In this document: piece after piece, positions 39,361 through 57,690 of the stretch
Numbering within the stretch: the first letter of the stretch is position 1
Layout: each line of letters starts with the position of its first letter
From: Escherichia phage Killian
Reading direction: 5' to 3' (one strand)
Sequence record: OQ446694.1
DNA: 64,000 nt
The notes under the pieces: model-generated
What the model was told of the DNA's origin: nothing
Database searches by the model: none
What the model saw: the letters and a program-made list of their open reading frames with translations, nothing else
Translations under genes and position numbers: made by a program

Positions 39361-40907
39361 GTAACAATACATATCAGCACGTATCAAATGAATCAAAGTA
39401 TGTTAAATTCGATCCAGTAGGATCGAATTTTCCTGGCACTGTTACGACAGTACAGTCTGCATTATCAAAAATAAGTAATATCGGCGTAAATGGTATTCCT
39501 GATGCAACTATGGAAGTTAAAGGAATAGCAATGATTGCGTCAGAACAAGAGGTTTTAGATGGAACTAATAACTCTAAAATCGTTACACCAGCTACATTAG
39601 CAACAAGATTATTGTATCCAAATGCTACTGAAACTAAATATGGTTTAACGCGTTATTCAACAAATGAAGAAACATTAAAAGGCTCAGATAATAATTCATC
39701 AATAACACCACAAAAACTGAAATACCACACTGACGATGTGTTCAAAAATAGATATTCGTCTGAGTCATCAAACGGGGTTATTAAAATATCATCTACACCT
39801 GCAGCTTTGGCTGGAGTTGATGATACTACTGCGATGACTCCGCTAAAAACCCAAAAACTTGCAATAAAATTAATTTCGCAAATAGCTCCTTCAGAAGACA
39901 CTGCAACAGAATCGGTGAGAGGAGTAGTTCAATTATCTACTGTTGCACAAATTCGTCAAGGAACTCTCCGCGAAGGATATGCAATTTCCCCGTATACCTT
40001 TATGAATTCTGTTGCAACACATGAATATAGGGGTGTTATACGTCTAGGAACGCAGACTGAAATTAATAATAATTTGGGCGGTGTTGCAGTAACAGGTGAA
40101 ACACTAAATGGTCGAGGAGCTACCGGTTCTATGCGTGGAGTAGTTAAATTAACGACGCAAGCCGGTATTGCCCCTGAAGGTGATAGCTCTGGAGCATTAG
40201 CATGGAACGCAGATGTAATTAATACTCGTGGTGGACAAACTATTAATGGTTCTTTAAATTTAGACCATCTTACAGCAAATGGAATTTGGTCACGCGGTGG
40301 AATGTGGAAAAATGGCGATCAACCTGTTGCCACTGAAAGATATGCGTCCGAAAGGGTTCCAGTTGGAACTATTATGATGTTTGCGGGTGATTCAGCACCT
40401 CCAGGTTGGATTATGTGTCACGGTGGAACCGTGTCAGGTGACCAATTTCCTGATTATAGAAACGTAGTTGGATCAAGATTTGGTGGTGATTGGAATAATC
40501 CTGGTATTCCTGATATGCGAGGTCTTTTCGTCAGAGGAGCCGGTACTGGCGGTCATATTTTAAATCAACGAGGACAAGATGGTTATGGAAAGGATAGACT
40601 TGGTGTAGGATGTGACGGAATGCATGTTGGTGGTGTCCAGGCACAACAAATGTCATACCATAAACACGCCGGTGGTTGGGGAGAATATAACAGAAGTGAA
40701 GGCCCATTTGGCGCGTCAGTTTATCAAGGATATCTTGGAACTAGAAAATATTCCGACTGGGATAATGCTTCATACTTCACTAATGATGGATTTGAATTAG
40801 GTGGACCGAGAGATGCTCATGGTACACTTAATCGTGAAGGATTAATTGGTTATGAAACTAGACCATGGAATATATCATTAAACTATATTATTAAAATTCA
40901 TTACTAA
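39357..40907 (+). CDS. 12: gp12 short tail fibre
   Basis: 516 aa; [20 protein letters not shown]...; C-terminal receptor-binding region with HxH metal motif (SYHKHAGG). Confidence 0.95.
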   Translation: MSNNTYQHVSNESKYVKFDPVGSNFPGTVTTVQSALSKISNIGVNGIPDATMEVKGIAMIASEQEVLDGTNNSKIVTPATLATRLLYPNATETKYGLTRYSTNEETLKGSDNNSSITPQKLKYHTDDVFKNRYSSESSNGVIKISSTPAALAGVDDTTAMTPLKTQKLAIKLISQIAPSEDTATESVRGVVQLSTVAQIRQGTLREGYAISPYTFMNSVATHEYRGVIRLGTQTEINNNLGGVAVTGETLNGRGATGSMRGVVKLTTQAGIAPEGDSSGALAWNADVINTRGGQTINGSLNLDHLTANGIWSRGGMWKNGDQPVATERYASERVPVGTIMMFAGDSAPPGWIMCHGGTVSGDQFPDYRNVVGSRFGGDWNNPGIPDMRGLFVRGAGTGGHILNQRGQDGYGKDRLGVGCDGMHVGGVQAQQMSYHKHAGGWGEYNRSEGPFGASVYQGYLGTRKYSDWDNASYFTNDGFELGGPRDAHGTLNREGLIGYETRPWNISLNYIIKIHY

Positions 40908-40916
40908 GGATTACAA

Positions 40917-42374
40917 ATGATTGAATTAAAAGAGTTACCTTTTGTTGATAGCGCTCCTGACGAAGGTCAAGAGCGTATTTCATGGATTAAAAATGGTGAA
41001 GAAATATTAGGAGCTAGTACTAAGTATGGAAATGATGGATCAATGAATAGACCTATTGTTTCCGTGTTTAAAAATGTCGAAGTTCTTGATGAAAATGTGG
41101 GAATTCTTAAAACTGCCATTGAAACATCGCAGAAAGATATTAAAACAATTCAAGGAGTTTTAGATGTATCAGGAGATATAGAAGCACTAGCACAGATCAG
41201 TGTTAATAAAAATGACATATCAAATTTAAAGACACTTACTAATGAACACACTGATATATTAACTGGAACTAATAATACAGTTGACAAAATTATTGCTGAT
41301 ATAGGTCCATTTAATGATGAAGAAAACTCTGTTTACAGAACAATTAGAAATGATTTATTGTGGATTAAACAGGAATTAGGACAATATTCTGGTCAAGACA
41401 TTAACGGTCTTCCTGTTGTTGGTAATGCTAGCACAGGAATGAAACACAGAATAATAACAAATAGTACGTTATTATCTTCACAAGGCATTCGTTTAAGCGA
41501 ATTAGAAACTAAATTTACTGAATCTGACGTAGGATCATTAACTGTTGAAGTTGGTAAATTACGCGATGAACTTGGTAATAAACCGGTAGATTTTGGGCCA
41601 AATATTTATAATAGATTAAACACCATAGATGATAAACAAACTTTAATAAATTCTGATATAGCAGAAATTAAATCTTCTATTGGATACCCAGAAAATGTTT
41701 CTATAATAACAGAAATTAATAATAACAAAAGTAGCATTGAAGCTATTAATAATGAATTAAATCAGAGTGAAGGTGTTAAACAACGCTTAACGGCTATTGA
41801 AACTTCTATCGGTTCAGATGATATTCCTTCTAGTATTAAAGGAAAAATTAAAAATCACACAACTTCTATTGAGTCTTTAAACGGAATTGTTGGTGAAAAC
41901 ACTTCGTCTGGTTTAAGAGCGAATGTTTCGTGGTTAAATCAAATTGTTGGAACTGACTCCAGCGGAGGACAACCGTCTCCTTCTGGATCTCTATTAAATA
42001 AAGTTTCAGTGCTTGAAGGAGAAGTTTCAGTTTTAAACAATAATGTTCAAAATATACAAGTTGAAATAGGAAATAATAGAACAGGAATTAAAGGTCAAGT
42101 TATTGAACTTACTTCACTTATAAATGGAAATAATCCTGACGGATCAACTGTTGAAGAACGAGGATTAACTAATTCTGTAAAAACGAATGAAACCAACATT
42201 GCGGCAGTTACACATGAAGTAAATACAGCTAAAGACAATATATCCTCTTTACAGAGCAGCGTTCAAGCTCTACAAGAAGCAGGTTATATTCCTGAAGCTC
42301 CAAAAGATGGCCAAGCTTACGTTCGTAAAGACGGCGAATGGGTACTACTTTCTACCTTTTTATCACCAGCATAA
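40917..42374 (+). CDS. wac: Fibritin (whisker/neck collar protein)
   Basis: 485 aa coiled-coil with C-terminal foldon [27 protein letters not shown]. Confidence 0.95.
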   Translation: MIELKELPFVDSAPDEGQERISWIKNGEEILGASTKYGNDGSMNRPIVSVFKNVEVLDENVGILKTAIETSQKDIKTIQGVLDVSGDIEALAQISVNKNDISNLKTLTNEHTDILTGTNNTVDKIIADIGPFNDEENSVYRTIRNDLLWIKQELGQYSGQDINGLPVVGNASTGMKHRIITNSTLLSSQGIRLSELETKFTESDVGSLTVEVGKLRDELGNKPVDFGPNIYNRLNTIDDKQTLINSDIAEIKSSIGYPENVSIITEINNNKSSIEAINNELNQSEGVKQRLTAIETSIGSDDIPSSIKGKIKNHTTSIESLNGIVGENTSSGLRANVSWLNQIVGTDSSGGQPSPSGSLLNKVSVLEGEVSVLNNNVQNIQVEIGNNRTGIKGQVIELTSLINGNNPDGSTVEERGLTNSVKTNETNIAAVTHEVNTAKDNISSLQSSVQALQEAGYIPEAPKDGQAYVRKDGEWVLLSTFLSPA

Positions 42375-42377
42375 CAT

Positions 42378-42393
42378 GGGGCCGCAAGGCCCC
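42378..42393 (+). terminator. Stem-loop after wac (GGGGCC-GCAA-GGCCCC), possible terminator
   Basis: Perfect 6-bp GC stem with GCAA loop; weak U-run. Confidence 0.5.
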
Positions 42394-42405
42394 AAAGGAT
42401 TTTAA

Positions 42406-44107
<1,702 letters not shown>

Positions 44108-44148
44108 TAAATATTATAAACTAATTAAAGCCCAGATTAGGAGAAATC

Positions 44149-47289
<3,141 letters not shown>

Positions 47290-47317
47290 TATTAAAGCAT
47301 ATTAAAGAGGATTAAAA

Positions 47318-49297
47318 ATGACTTTATTATCTCCGGGCATTGAGCTCAAAGAAACTACGGTTCAAAGCACCGTGGTTAATAACTCTACTGGTACAGCAGC
47401 TTTGGCCGGTAAATTCCAGTGGGGTCCTGCTTTTCAAATTAAACAGGTTACAAATGAAGTAGATTTAGTTAATACTTTTGGTCAACCTACAGCTGAAACT
47501 GCTGACTATTTTATGTCTGCAATGAATTTCTTACAATATGGAAATGATTTGCGAGTCGTGCGTGCTGTCGATAGAGATACCGCTAAAAACTCATCTCCGA
47601 TTGCCGGTAATATTGAATACACTATTTCTACCCCAGGTAGTAACTACGCGGTTGGAGATAAAATCACGGTTAAGTATGTTTCAGAAGATGTTGAAACAGA
47701 ATGTAAAGTTACCGAAGTAGATGCTGATGGAAAAATTAAGAAAATTAATATTCCTACCGCAAAAATTATCGCTAAAGCAAAAGAAGTAGGCGAATATCCA
47801 GCATTAGGTTCTAATTGGACCGCGGAAATTTCTTCGTCTTCCTCTGGTTTAGCTGCAGTAATAACTCTTGGAAAAATTATTACTGATTCTGGTATTTTAT
47901 TAGCTGAAATTGAAAATGCCGAAGCTGCTATGACAGCGGTTGAATTTCAGGCAAATCTCGAAAAATATGGAATTCCAGGAGTAGTAGCTCTTTATCCAGG
48001 TGAGTTGGGCGATAAAATTGAAATTGAAATCGTATCTAAAGCTGACTACGCAAAAGGGGCTTCTGCATTACTCCCAATTTATCCAGGTGGCGGAACACGC
48101 GCATCTACTGCCAAAGCAGTGTTTGGATATGGACCACAAACTGACTCGCAATACGCTATTATAGTTCGTCGCAATGATGCTATTGTTCAAAGCGTTGTTC
48201 TTTCAACAAAGCGTGGCGAAAAAGATATTTACGATAGTAACATCTATATTGATGACTTTTTCGCAAAAGGTGGTTCAGAATATATTTTCGCAACTGCACA
48301 AAACTGGCCAGAAGGCTTCTCTGGAATTTTAACTCTGTCTGGTGGATTATCATCAAATGCTGAAGTAACAGCAGGAGATTTGATGGAAGCTTGGGACTTC
48401 TTTGCTGACCGTGAATCTGTTGATGTTCAGTTGTTTATTGCGGGTTCTTGTGCCGGTGAATCTTTAGAAACAGCATCTACTGTCCAAAAACACGTCGTTT
48501 CAATTGGAGATGCTCGCCAAGATTGCTTAGTATTGTGCTCACCACCGCGTGAAACTGTTGTTGGAATTCCTGTAACTCGCGCTGTTGATAACTTAGTCAA
48601 TTGGAGAACCGCAGCAGGTTCATACACTGATAATAACTTTAATATCAGTTCAACCTATGCAGCAATCGATGGTAACTACAAGTATCAGTATGACAAATAT
48701 AATGATGTAAATCGTTGGGTTCCATTAGCAGCTGACATTGCTGGTTTATGCGCGAGAACTGATAACGTTTCTCAGACTTGGATGTCTCCAGCTGGTTATA
48801 ATCGTGGCCAGATTCTTAACGTTATTAAACTTGCTATTGAAACTCGCCAAGCTCAGCGCGACCGTTTATATCAAGAAGCTATCAACCCAGTAACTGGTAC
48901 AGGTGGTGATGGTTACGTATTATATGGTGATAAAACAGCTACTTCTGTTCCTTCTCCATTTGATCGTATTAACGTTCGTCGTCTGTTTAATATGTTGAAA
49001 ACGAATATCGGACGTAGTTCAAAATATCGTTTGTTCGAATTAAACAACGCGTTTACTCGTTCATCGTTCCGCACAGAAACTGCCCAATACTTACAGGGAA
49101 TTAAAGCTCTCGGTGGAATTTATGAATATCGTGTAGTTTGCGATACAACAAATAACACTCCGTCAGTAATTGATAGAAATGAGTTTGTTGCAACATTCTA
49201 CATTCAACCGGCTAGAAGCATTAACTACATTACCTTAAACTTCGTAGCAACTGCTACTGGTGCAGATTTCGATGAGTTAACTGGTCTTGCAGGTTAA
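47318..49297 (+). CDS. 18: gp18 contractile tail sheath protein
   Basis: 659 aa, matches T4 gp18. Confidence 0.97.
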   Translation: MTLLSPGIELKETTVQSTVVNNSTGTAALAGKFQWGPAFQIKQVTNEVDLVNTFGQPTAETADYFMSAMNFLQYGNDLRVVRAVDRDTAKNSSPIAGNIEYTISTPGSNYAVGDKITVKYVSEDVETECKVTEVDADGKIKKINIPTAKIIAKAKEVGEYPALGSNWTAEISSSSSGLAAVITLGKIITDSGILLAEIENAEAAMTAVEFQANLEKYGIPGVVALYPGELGDKIEIEIVSKADYAKGASALLPIYPGGGTRASTAKAVFGYGPQTDSQYAIIVRRNDAIVQSVVLSTKRGEKDIYDSNIYIDDFFAKGGSEYIFATAQNWPEGFSGILTLSGGLSSNAEVTAGDLMEAWDFFADRESVDVQLFIAGSCAGESLETASTVQKHVVSIGDARQDCLVLCSPPRETVVGIPVTRAVDNLVNWRTAAGSYTDNNFNISSTYAAIDGNYKYQYDKYNDVNRWVPLAADIAGLCARTDNVSQTWMSPAGYNRGQILNVIKLAIETRQAQRDRLYQEAINPVTGTGGDGYVLYGDKTATSVPSPFDRINVRRLFNMLKTNIGRSSKYRLFELNNAFTRSSFRTETAQYLQGIKALGGIYEYRVVCDTTNNTPSVIDRNEFVATFYIQPARSINYITLNFVATATGADFDELTGLAG

Positions 49298-49313
49298 TAC
49301 GGTGCATTCTAAA

Positions 49314-49331
49314 GGCCTGTTTCGGCAGGCC
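49314..49331 (+). terminator. Stem-loop after gene 18 (GGCCTG-TTTCGG-CAGGCC)
   Basis: 6-bp stem; no U-run, so partial terminator/processing site at best. Confidence 0.45.
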
Positions 49332-49332
49332 A

Positions 49333-49340
49333 TATAAATA
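49333..49340 (+). promoter_or_regulatory. Late promoter (TATAAATA), distal copy for gene 19
   Basis: Exact motif. Confidence 0.6.
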
Positions 49341-49391
49341 CACTATATCCTTAATTCTTTAATTCTATATGCCCTAGGTTAAACATAGGGA

Positions 49392-49399
49392 TATAAATA
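49392..49399 (+). promoter_or_regulatory. Late promoter (TATAAATA), proximal copy for gene 19
   Basis: Exact motif 14 nt upstream of ATG 49414. Confidence 0.7.
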
Positions 49400-49413
49400 C
49401 TACAGAGGCTAAT

Positions 49414-49905
49414 ATGTTTGTAGATGATGTAACACGAGCGTTTGAATCTGGTGATTTTGCTCGACCTAACTTATTCCAAGTAGAAATTTCTTATCTTGGA
49501 CAAAATTTTACGTTTCAATGTAAAGCCACTGCTTTACCAGCTGGTATTGTAGAAAAAATTCCAGTCGGTTTTATGAACCGTAAAATTAACGTAGCAGGCG
49601 ATCGTACATTCGATGACTGGACTGTTACAGTAATGAACGATGAGGCGCATGATGCTCGCCAGAAGTTTGTTGATTGGCAAAGCATTGCTGCTGGGCAAGG
49701 GAATGAAATTACTGGTGGAAAACCAGCAGAGTATAAAAAGAGTGCTGTTGTTCGCCAATATGCTCGTGACGCTAAAACTGTAACAAAAGAAGTTGAAATT
49801 AAAGGCCTGTGGCCTACTAACGTGGGTGAACTTCAATTAGATTGGGATTCAAACAATGAAATCCAAACCTTTGAAGTAACTCTTGCTCTCGATTATTGGG
49901 AATAA
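49414..49905 (+). CDS. 19: gp19 tail tube protein
   Basis: 163 aa, matches T4 gp19. Confidence 0.97.
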   Translation: MFVDDVTRAFESGDFARPNLFQVEISYLGQNFTFQCKATALPAGIVEKIPVGFMNRKINVAGDRTFDDWTVTVMNDEAHDARQKFVDWQSIAAGQGNEITGGKPAEYKKSAVVRQYARDAKTVTKEVEIKGLWPTNVGELQLDWDSNNEIQTFEVTLALDYWE

Positions 49906-49937
49906 AATGAATGGGGAGAAATCCCCATCCTGCTTAA

Positions 49938-51562
<1,625 letters not shown>

Positions 51563-51563
<1 letters not shown>

Positions 51564-51802
51564 TGGAAGGTTTAATTGAAGCTATTAAATCAAACGACCT
51601 CGTAGCCGCTCGTAAATTATTTGCTGAAGCCATGGCTGCAAGAACGATTGATTTAATTAAAGAAGAAAAAATCGCTATCGCTCGTAATTTCTTAATCGAA
51701 GGTGAAGAACCTGACGATGAAGATGACGAAGATAGCGATGATAAAGACGACAAAAAAGACAAAGACTCTGATGAAGATGACGAAGACGAGGATGATGAAT
51801 AA
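51563..51802 (+). CDS. 67: gp67 prohead core protein (acidic C-terminal tail)
   Basis: 79 aa with poly-acidic tail [32 protein letters not shown]. Confidence 0.9.
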
Positions 51803-52227
51803 TGCTTCTGATCCCTGAAACTCATGAATTAGTTCTCGAGAATGTCGAAGCACTTATTCCTGAAGCACAGGGTCGCTTTGACGAATTGTCTTCTGCTTTA
51901 AATAAAGACGATATAAATACAATTGTCGAGAATATGCTTGATGATGAAACTGATTTAGCGGTTGCATTAGCTTCTATTAATGAAGATATGCCGCTAAATG
52001 AATTCATCGTTAAACATGTTTCTGCTCGTGGTGAAATTACACGTACCAAAGACCGCAAAACGCGTGAACGTAATGCATTTCAAACCACCGGGCTGTCTAA
52101 AGCAAAACGTAGACAAATTGCTCGCAAAGCTACCAAAACGAAGATTGCCAATCCAGCAGGTCAATCTCGTGCTCAGCGTAAGCGTAAAAAAGCTCTTAAA
52201 CGCCGTAAAGCATTAGGATTAAGCTAA
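51802..52227 (+). CDS. 68: gp68 prohead core protein
   Basis: 141 aa, basic C-terminus; position as in T4. Confidence 0.9.
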   Translation: MLLIPETHELVLENVEALIPEAQGRFDELSSALNKDDINTIVENMLDDETDLAVALASINEDMPLNEFIVKHVSARGEITRTKDRKTRERNAFQTTGLSKAKRRQIARKATKTKIANPAGQSRAQRKRKKALKRRKALGLS

Positions 52228-52865
52228 TGAATGAACCCCAATTACTAATTGAAACTTGGGGTCAACCTGGCGAAATTATTGATGGCGTGCCAATGCTTGA
52301 ATCTCATGATGGAAAAGACCTAGGTTTAAAACCCGGTTTATACATCGAAGGAATATTCATGCAAGCGGAAGTCGTCAATAGAAATAAACGTCTTTATCCA
52401 AAACGCATATTAGAAAAAGCGGTAAAAGACTATATCAATGAGCAAGTTTTAACTAAACAAGCTCTCGGAGAATTAAATCATCCTCCACGCGCTAATGTTG
52501 ACCCGATGCAAGCCGCTATCATTATAGAAGATATGTGGTGGAAAGGAAATGACGTATACGGACGAGCTCGTGTTATTGAAGGTGACCATGGTCCTGGAGA
52601 TAAATTAGCAGCTAATATTCGTGCCGGATGGATTCCAGGAGTTTCTTCTCGTGGATTAGGTTCATTGACTGACACAAATAAAGGTTATCGTATCGTAAAC
52701 GAAGGATTCAAATTAACTGTAGGTGTTGATGCAGTATGGGGTCCAAGTGCTCCAGATGCATGGGTAACTCCTAAGGAAATTACCGAATCACAGACGGCGG
52801 AAGCCGATACAAGTGCCGATGACGCCTATATGGCTCTCGCAGAGGCCATGAAAAAAGCGTTATAA
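52227..52865 (+). CDS. 21: gp21 prohead core protease
   Basis: 212 aa, matches T4 gp21. Confidence 0.95.
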   Translation: MNEPQLLIETWGQPGEIIDGVPMLESHDGKDLGLKPGLYIEGIFMQAEVVNRNKRLYPKRILEKAVKDYINEQVLTKQALGELNHPPRANVDPMQAAIIIEDMWWKGNDVYGRARVIEGDHGPGDKLAANIRAGWIPGVSSRGLGSLTDTNKGYRIVNEGFKLTVGVDAVWGPSAPDAWVTPKEITESQTAEADTSADDAYMALAEAMKKAL

Positions 52866-52868
52866 ATA
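52861..52868 (+). promoter_or_regulatory. Late promoter (TATAAATA) for gene 22, overlapping gene 21 stop
   Basis: Exact motif 28 nt upstream of ATG 52896. Confidence 0.7.
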
Positions 52869-52895
52869 TTATTATCTAAACAACAGGACTACAAA

Positions 52896-53705
52896 ATGCT
52901 TAAAGAACAACTGATTGCTGAAGCGCAAAAAATTGATGCTTCCGTTGCTCTTGATAGTATTTTCGAATCAGTTAATATTTCTCCGGAAGCAAAAGAAACT
53001 TTCGGCACTGTATTCGAAGCTACCGTCAAGCAGCACGCCGTTAAATTAGCTGAATCTCATATCGCTAAAATTGCTGAAAAAGCAGAAGAAGAAGTAGAAA
53101 AAAATAAAGAAGAAGCCGAAGAAAAAGCTGAGAAGAAAATCGCTGAGCAAGCTTCTAAATTCATCGACCATCTTGCGAAAGAATGGCTCGCTGAAAATAA
53201 ATTAGCAGTTGATAAAGGCATCAAAGCCGAACTGTTTGAATCCATGCTTGGTGGATTAAAAGAGCTCTTTGTTGAACACAACGTTGTTGTTCCAGAAGAA
53301 TCAGTTGATGTTGTAGCTGAAATGGAAGAAGAGCTGCAAGAACATAAAGAAGAATCAGCTCGTCTGTTCGAAGAACTCAATAAGCGTGACGCATATATCA
53401 ATTATGTGCAGCGTGAAGTGGCATTGAGCGAAAGTACTAAAGATCTGACTGAGTCTCAAAAAGAAAAAGTCTCTGCTCTGGTCGAAGGTATGGATTATTC
53501 AGATGCATTCTCAAGTAAATTGAGTGCCATCGTAGAAATGGTGAAGAAGTCTAATAAAGATGAAAGCACTATTACTGAGGGTATAAATACTCCTGATACT
53601 GAAGCAGCCGGACTGAATTTCGTCACTGAAGCTGTAGAAGATAAAGCTGCACCTGGTGCAGAAGATATTGTAAGTGTATATGCGAAAGTCGCATCTCGTT
53701 TCTAA
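52896..53705 (+). CDS. 22: gp22 major prohead scaffold core protein
   Basis: 269 aa, highly acidic coiled-coil. Confidence 0.95.
   Translation: MLKEQLIAEAQKIDASVALDSIFESVNISPEAKETFGTVFEATVKQHAVKLAESHIAKIAEKAEEEVEKNKEEAEEKAEKKIAEQASKFIDHLAKEWLAENKLAVDKGIKAELFESMLGGLKELFVEHNVVVPEESVDVVAEMEEELQEHKEESARLFEELNKRDAYINYVQREVALSESTKDLTESQKEKVSALVEGMDYSDAFSSKLSAIVEMVKKSNKDESTITEGINTPDTEAAGLNFVTEAVEDKAAPGAEDIVSVYAKVASRF
53582..53589 (+). promoter_or_regulatory. Late promoter (TATAAATA) for gene 23, embedded in the 3' end of gene 22
   Basis: Exact motif 135 nt upstream of ATG 53724. Confidence 0.6.
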
Positions 53706-53723
53706 TTTTAAAGGTTAACACAA

Positions 53724-55289
53724 ATGACTATCAAAACTAAAGCTGAACTTTTGAACAAATGGAAGCCATTACTGGAAGGTGAAGGTTTACCGGAAATTGC
53801 TAATAGCAAACAAGCGATTATCGCTAAAATCTTTGAAAACCAGGAAAAAGATTTCCAGACAGCTCCAGAGTACAAAGACGAAAAAATCGCTCAGGCGTTC
53901 GGTTCTTTCTTAACAGAAGCTGAAATCGGTGGTGACCACGGTTACAACGCTACTAACATTGCTGCTGGTCAGACTTCTGGCGCAGTAACTCAGATTGGCC
54001 CAGCTGTTATGGGTATGGTACGTCGTGCTATTCCTAACCTGATTGCTTTCGATATTTGTGGTGTTCAGCCGATGAACAGCCCGACTGGTCAGGTATTCGC
54101 ACTGCGCGCAGTATATGGTAAAGACCCAATCGCTGCTGATGCTAAAGAAGCATTCCACCCAATGTATGGTCCAGATGCAATGTTCTCTGGTCAGGGTGCT
54201 GCTAAGAAATTCCCAGCTCTGGCTGCTAGCACACAAACCAAAGTAGGTGATATCTATACTCACTTCTTCCAGGAAACTGGTACTGTATATCTGCAAGCTT
54301 CTGCTCAAGTAACAATTAGTTCTACTGCAGATGATGCAGCTAAATTAGATGCTGAAATTAAGAAACAAATGGAAGCTGGCGCATTGGTAGAAATCGCTGA
54401 AGGTATGGCTACTTCTATCGCTGAACTTCAGGAAGGTTTCAACGGTTCTACCGATAACCCATGGAATGAAATGGGCTTCCGTATCGATAAACAAGTTATC
54501 GAAGCTAAATCTCGTCAGCTGAAAGCTGCTTACTCTATCGAATTAGCACAAGACCTCCGCGCTGTTCACGGTATGGATGCTGATGCTGAACTGTCTGGTA
54601 TTCTGGCTACCGAAATCATGTTGGAAATCAACCGTGAAGTTGTTGATTGGATTAACTACTCAGCTCAGGTTGGTAAATCTGGTATGACCCTGACTCCGGG
54701 TTCTAAAGCTGGTGTATTTGACTTCCAGGATCCGATTGATATTCGTGGTGCTCGCTGGGCGGGTGAATCCTTTAAAGCTCTGTTGTTCCAGATTGACAAA
54801 GAAGCAGTTGAAATTGCTCGTCAGACCGGTCGTGGTGAAGGTAACTTCATTATCGCTTCCCGTAACGTAGTTAACGTTCTGGCTTCAGTTGATACTGGCA
54901 TTTCTTATGCTGCACAGGGTCTGGCTACCGGCTTTAACACTGATACTACCAAGTCAGTATTTGCTGGTGTTCTGGGTGGTAAATACCGTGTATATATCGA
55001 CCAGTATGCTAAACAGGATTATTTCACTGTAGGTTATAAAGGTCCGAACGAAATGGATGCTGGTATTTACTACGCTCCATATGTAGCTCTGACTCCGCTG
55101 CGTGGTTCCGATCCGAAGAACTTCCAACCGGTAATGGGATTCAAAACTCGTTACGGTATCGGTATCAACCCATTTGCAGAATCCGCTGCTCAGGCTCCGG
55201 CTTCTCGCATCCAGAGCGGTATGCCTTCTATTCTGAATAGCCTTGGTAAAAACGCTTACTTCCGCCGTGTATATGTTAAAGGTATCTAA
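53724..55289 (+). CDS. 23: gp23 major capsid protein
   Basis: 521 aa, MTIKTKAELLNKWKPLLEGEGLPEIANSKQAIIAKIFENQEKDFQTAPEYKDEKIAQAFGSFLTEAEIGGDHGYNA... matches T4 gp23. Confidence 0.98.
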   Translation: MTIKTKAELLNKWKPLLEGEGLPEIANSKQAIIAKIFENQEKDFQTAPEYKDEKIAQAFGSFLTEAEIGGDHGYNATNIAAGQTSGAVTQIGPAVMGMVRRAIPNLIAFDICGVQPMNSPTGQVFALRAVYGKDPIAADAKEAFHPMYGPDAMFSGQGAAKKFPALAASTQTKVGDIYTHFFQETGTVYLQASAQVTISSTADDAAKLDAEIKKQMEAGALVEIAEGMATSIAELQEGFNGSTDNPWNEMGFRIDKQVIEAKSRQLKAAYSIELAQDLRAVHGMDADAELSGILATEIMLEINREVVDWINYSAQVGKSGMTLTPGSKAGVFDFQDPIDIRGARWAGESFKALLFQIDKEAVEIARQTGRGEGNFIIASRNVVNVLASVDTGISYAAQGLATGFNTDTTKSVFAGVLGGKYRVYIDQYAKQDYFTVGYKGPNEMDAGIYYAPYVALTPLRGSDPKNFQPVMGFKTRYGIGINPFAESAAQAPASRIQSGMPSILNSLGKNAYFRRVYVKGI

Positions 55290-55304
55290 TCTTTGACGAT
55301 TTAA

Positions 55305-55333
55305 GGGACCTTCGGGTCCCTTTAGTTGTTTTT
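55305..55333 (+). terminator. Rho-independent terminator after gene 23 (GGGACC-UUCG-GGUCCC plus U-run)
   Basis: UUCG-tetraloop hairpin followed by tttagttgttttt. Confidence 0.8.
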
Positions 55334-55337
55334 ATGG

Positions 55338-55345
55338 TATAAATA
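55338..55345 (+). promoter_or_regulatory. Late promoter (TATAAATA) for gene 24
   Basis: Exact motif 27 nt upstream of ATG 55373. Confidence 0.7.
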
Positions 55346-55372
55346 AATCATATAAACCAAAAGGAAAGCGCA

Positions 55373-56656
55373 ATGGCTAAAATCAACGAACTTCTGCGCG
55401 AATCAACCACAACGAATAGCAACTCAATCGGTCGCCCAAATCTCGTTGCTTTGACTCGCGCTACCACTAAATTAATATATTCTGACATTGTAGCAACGCA
55501 AAGAACTAATCAACCTGTTGCTGCTTTTTATGGTATCAAATACCTTAACCCAGATAACGAATTTACATTTAAAACTGGTGCTACTTACGCCGGCGAAGCT
55601 GGGTATGTAGACCGAGAACAAATCACAGAATTAACAGAAGAGTCTAAATTAACTCTCAATAAAGGCGATTTATTCAAATATAATAATATCGTTTATAAAG
55701 TATTAGAAGATACACCATTTGCTGATATTGAAGAAAGCGATTTAGAATTAGCTCTTCAGATTGCAATTGTTCTTTTAAAGGTTCGTCTATTTTCTGATGC
55801 TGCAGTAACAAGCAAATTTGAAAGCTCTGATAGTGAAATTGCGGATGCTAGATTCCAGATTAATAAATGGCAAACCGCAGTTAAATCTCGTAAACTTAAA
55901 ACTGGCATCACAGTCGAATTAGCACAAGATTTAGAAGCAAATGGATTCGATGCTCCTAATTTCTTGGAAGATTTGCTTGCAACTGAAATGGCGGATGAAA
56001 TCAATAAAGATATTCTACAGTCTTTGATTACAGTATCAAAACGCTATAAAGTTACAGGAATTACTGATACTGGATTCATTGATTTGAGTTATGCATCTGC
56101 ACCTGAAGCTGGTCGTTCATTATACCGAATGGTGTGTGAAATGGTTTCACATATTCAGAAAGAATCAACTTATACAGCAACGTTCTGTGTTGCTTCAGCT
56201 CGTGCCGCTGCGATTCTTGCTGCATCAGGTTGGTTAAAACATAAACCAGAAGATGACAAATATCTTTCACAAAATGCCTACGGGTTCTTAGCTAATGGTT
56301 TACCGCTTTATTGCGATACCAACAGTCCATTAGATTATGTAATCGTTGGCGTAGTAGAAAATATTGGTGAAAAAGAAATTGTTGGATCAATTTTCTATGC
56401 TCCGTATACAGAAGGTCTTGACTTAGATGACCCTGAACATGTAGGTGCATTTAAAGTTGTAGTTGATCCAGAAAGTTTGCAGCCATCTATCGGTTTATTA
56501 GTTAGATATGCTTTATCTGCAAATCCTTACACTGTAGCAAAAGATGAAAAAGAAGCAAGAGTAATTGATGGTGGAGACATGGATAAAATGGCGGGTCGTT
56601 CAGATTTGTCTGTTTTATTAGGTGTTAAGTTACCAAAAATTATCATTGATGAATAA
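55373..56656 (+). CDS. 24: gp24 capsid vertex protein
   Basis: 427 aa, paralog of gp23; matches T4 gp24. Confidence 0.96.
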   Translation: MAKINELLRESTTTNSNSIGRPNLVALTRATTKLIYSDIVATQRTNQPVAAFYGIKYLNPDNEFTFKTGATYAGEAGYVDREQITELTEESKLTLNKGDLFKYNNIVYKVLEDTPFADIEESDLELALQIAIVLLKVRLFSDAAVTSKFESSDSEIADARFQINKWQTAVKSRKLKTGITVELAQDLEANGFDAPNFLEDLLATEMADEINKDILQSLITVSKRYKVTGITDTGFIDLSYASAPEAGRSLYRMVCEMVSHIQKESTYTATFCVASARAAAILAASGWLKHKPEDDKYLSQNAYGFLANGLPLYCDTNSPLDYVIVGVVENIGEKEIVGSIFYAPYTEGLDLDDPEHVGAFKVVVDPESLQPSIGLLVRYALSANPYTVAKDEKEARVIDGGDMDKMAGRSDLSVLLGVKLPKIIIDE

Positions 56657-56686
56657 AACAAAGGGACCGAAAGGTCCCTTTTTATT
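56654..56686. terminator. Bidirectional rho-independent terminator between convergent genes 24 and rnlB
   Basis: AGGGACC-GAAA-GGTCCCT hairpin flanked by A-run upstream and T-run downstream. Confidence 0.8.
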
Positions 56687-57690
56687 TAACTTACCAATTC
56701 AATCCAAGCCGGACGAAGTACATCTTGTACCATTTTAACTAATTCCTTCTTAATCAAAGAAGGATTATCCGCTTGAGTTAGAGTAATACCTTCACGAGAA
56801 GTTTCTTCCAAAATATCTTGAACCGTTAGTCCCATCACCTTTCCAAAATCTTTTGGACCGATTTCGCCAATTTTAGAAATAACGTTATTTACTCGGTTCA
56901 GTGTAACGTAACAAGCTAAAATTCCAACCAATTTGTTATCAGCTTCTGACAGTTCAACTTTAGCTTTAATAGGCTTATCAGACTTTTTCTTTTCACTAAA
57001 TTTAGAGTTCTTGCATTTGATAGCTACGCGATTGCCATTAGGCATCCAAGAAGGATAACAAGGTTTCAATACATATCCTTCAGCGGTAAATACTTCGCCT
57101 TTTACTTCAGCATTCCAAACGCATTTATTCGCATCAACTAATCCAGCATGGTCTACTGTAAAATTATAATCTTGGACGACAGAATCTAAATCATTTGGCA
57201 ATTTAATAAGCTCTTCAAATTTACCGCGACCTAAAAGTGGAGCCATTTTAAATTTAAATGTATTACAGAATGATTCCATCATATAATCATCGACATAAGT
57301 CACATCACCACTTTCTGTAGTAACAATAATGTCAAATACATAAAAATCTTTATCGCCATAATCGACATTCTTCTGAATGCCAGGTCCGGCAAATTCACCG
57401 AAGACTTGATAAGATACAACCGCTGAAGTTTCCATAATATCTTGTACTGCTTTAATGGAATCAGCGTAATTCTTCAAAATAATTTCATACCCAAAGAAAT
57501 CTTCAGCAGGAAGAATAGGACCAGTTCGTTTAGCACAAGTTACTTTATCACGCTCAATAATCAATGAGAAATTTGTGCCATGAATCTTTTCACGAGCTAC
57601 CCATTCGCCACCAGTCAATCCTAAACTATAAAGTTTTTCAATGAATTTAGAATTGTAATGATTTTCAAGACTGCTATACTTTTTAAACAT
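56686..57690 (-). CDS. rnlB: RNA ligase 2
   Basis: 334 aa; nucleotidyltransferase motif I KIHGTN (lysine adenylylation site); matches T4 Rnl2. Confidence 0.95.
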   Translation of the reverse strand: MFKKYSSLENHYNSKFIEKLYSLGLTGGEWVAREKIHGTNFSLIIERDKVTCAKRTGPILPAEDFFGYEIILKNYADSIKAVQDIMETSAVVSYQVFGEFAGPGIQKNVDYGDKDFYVFDIIVTTESGDVTYVDDYMMESFCNTFKFKMAPLLGRGKFEELIKLPNDLDSVVQDYNFTVDHAGLVDANKCVWNAEVKGEVFTAEGYVLKPCYPSWMPNGNRVAIKCKNSKFSEKKKSDKPIKAKVELSEADNKLVGILACYVTLNRVNNVISKIGEIGPKDFGKVMGLTVQDILEETSREGITLTQADNPSLIKKELVKMVQDVLRPAWIELVS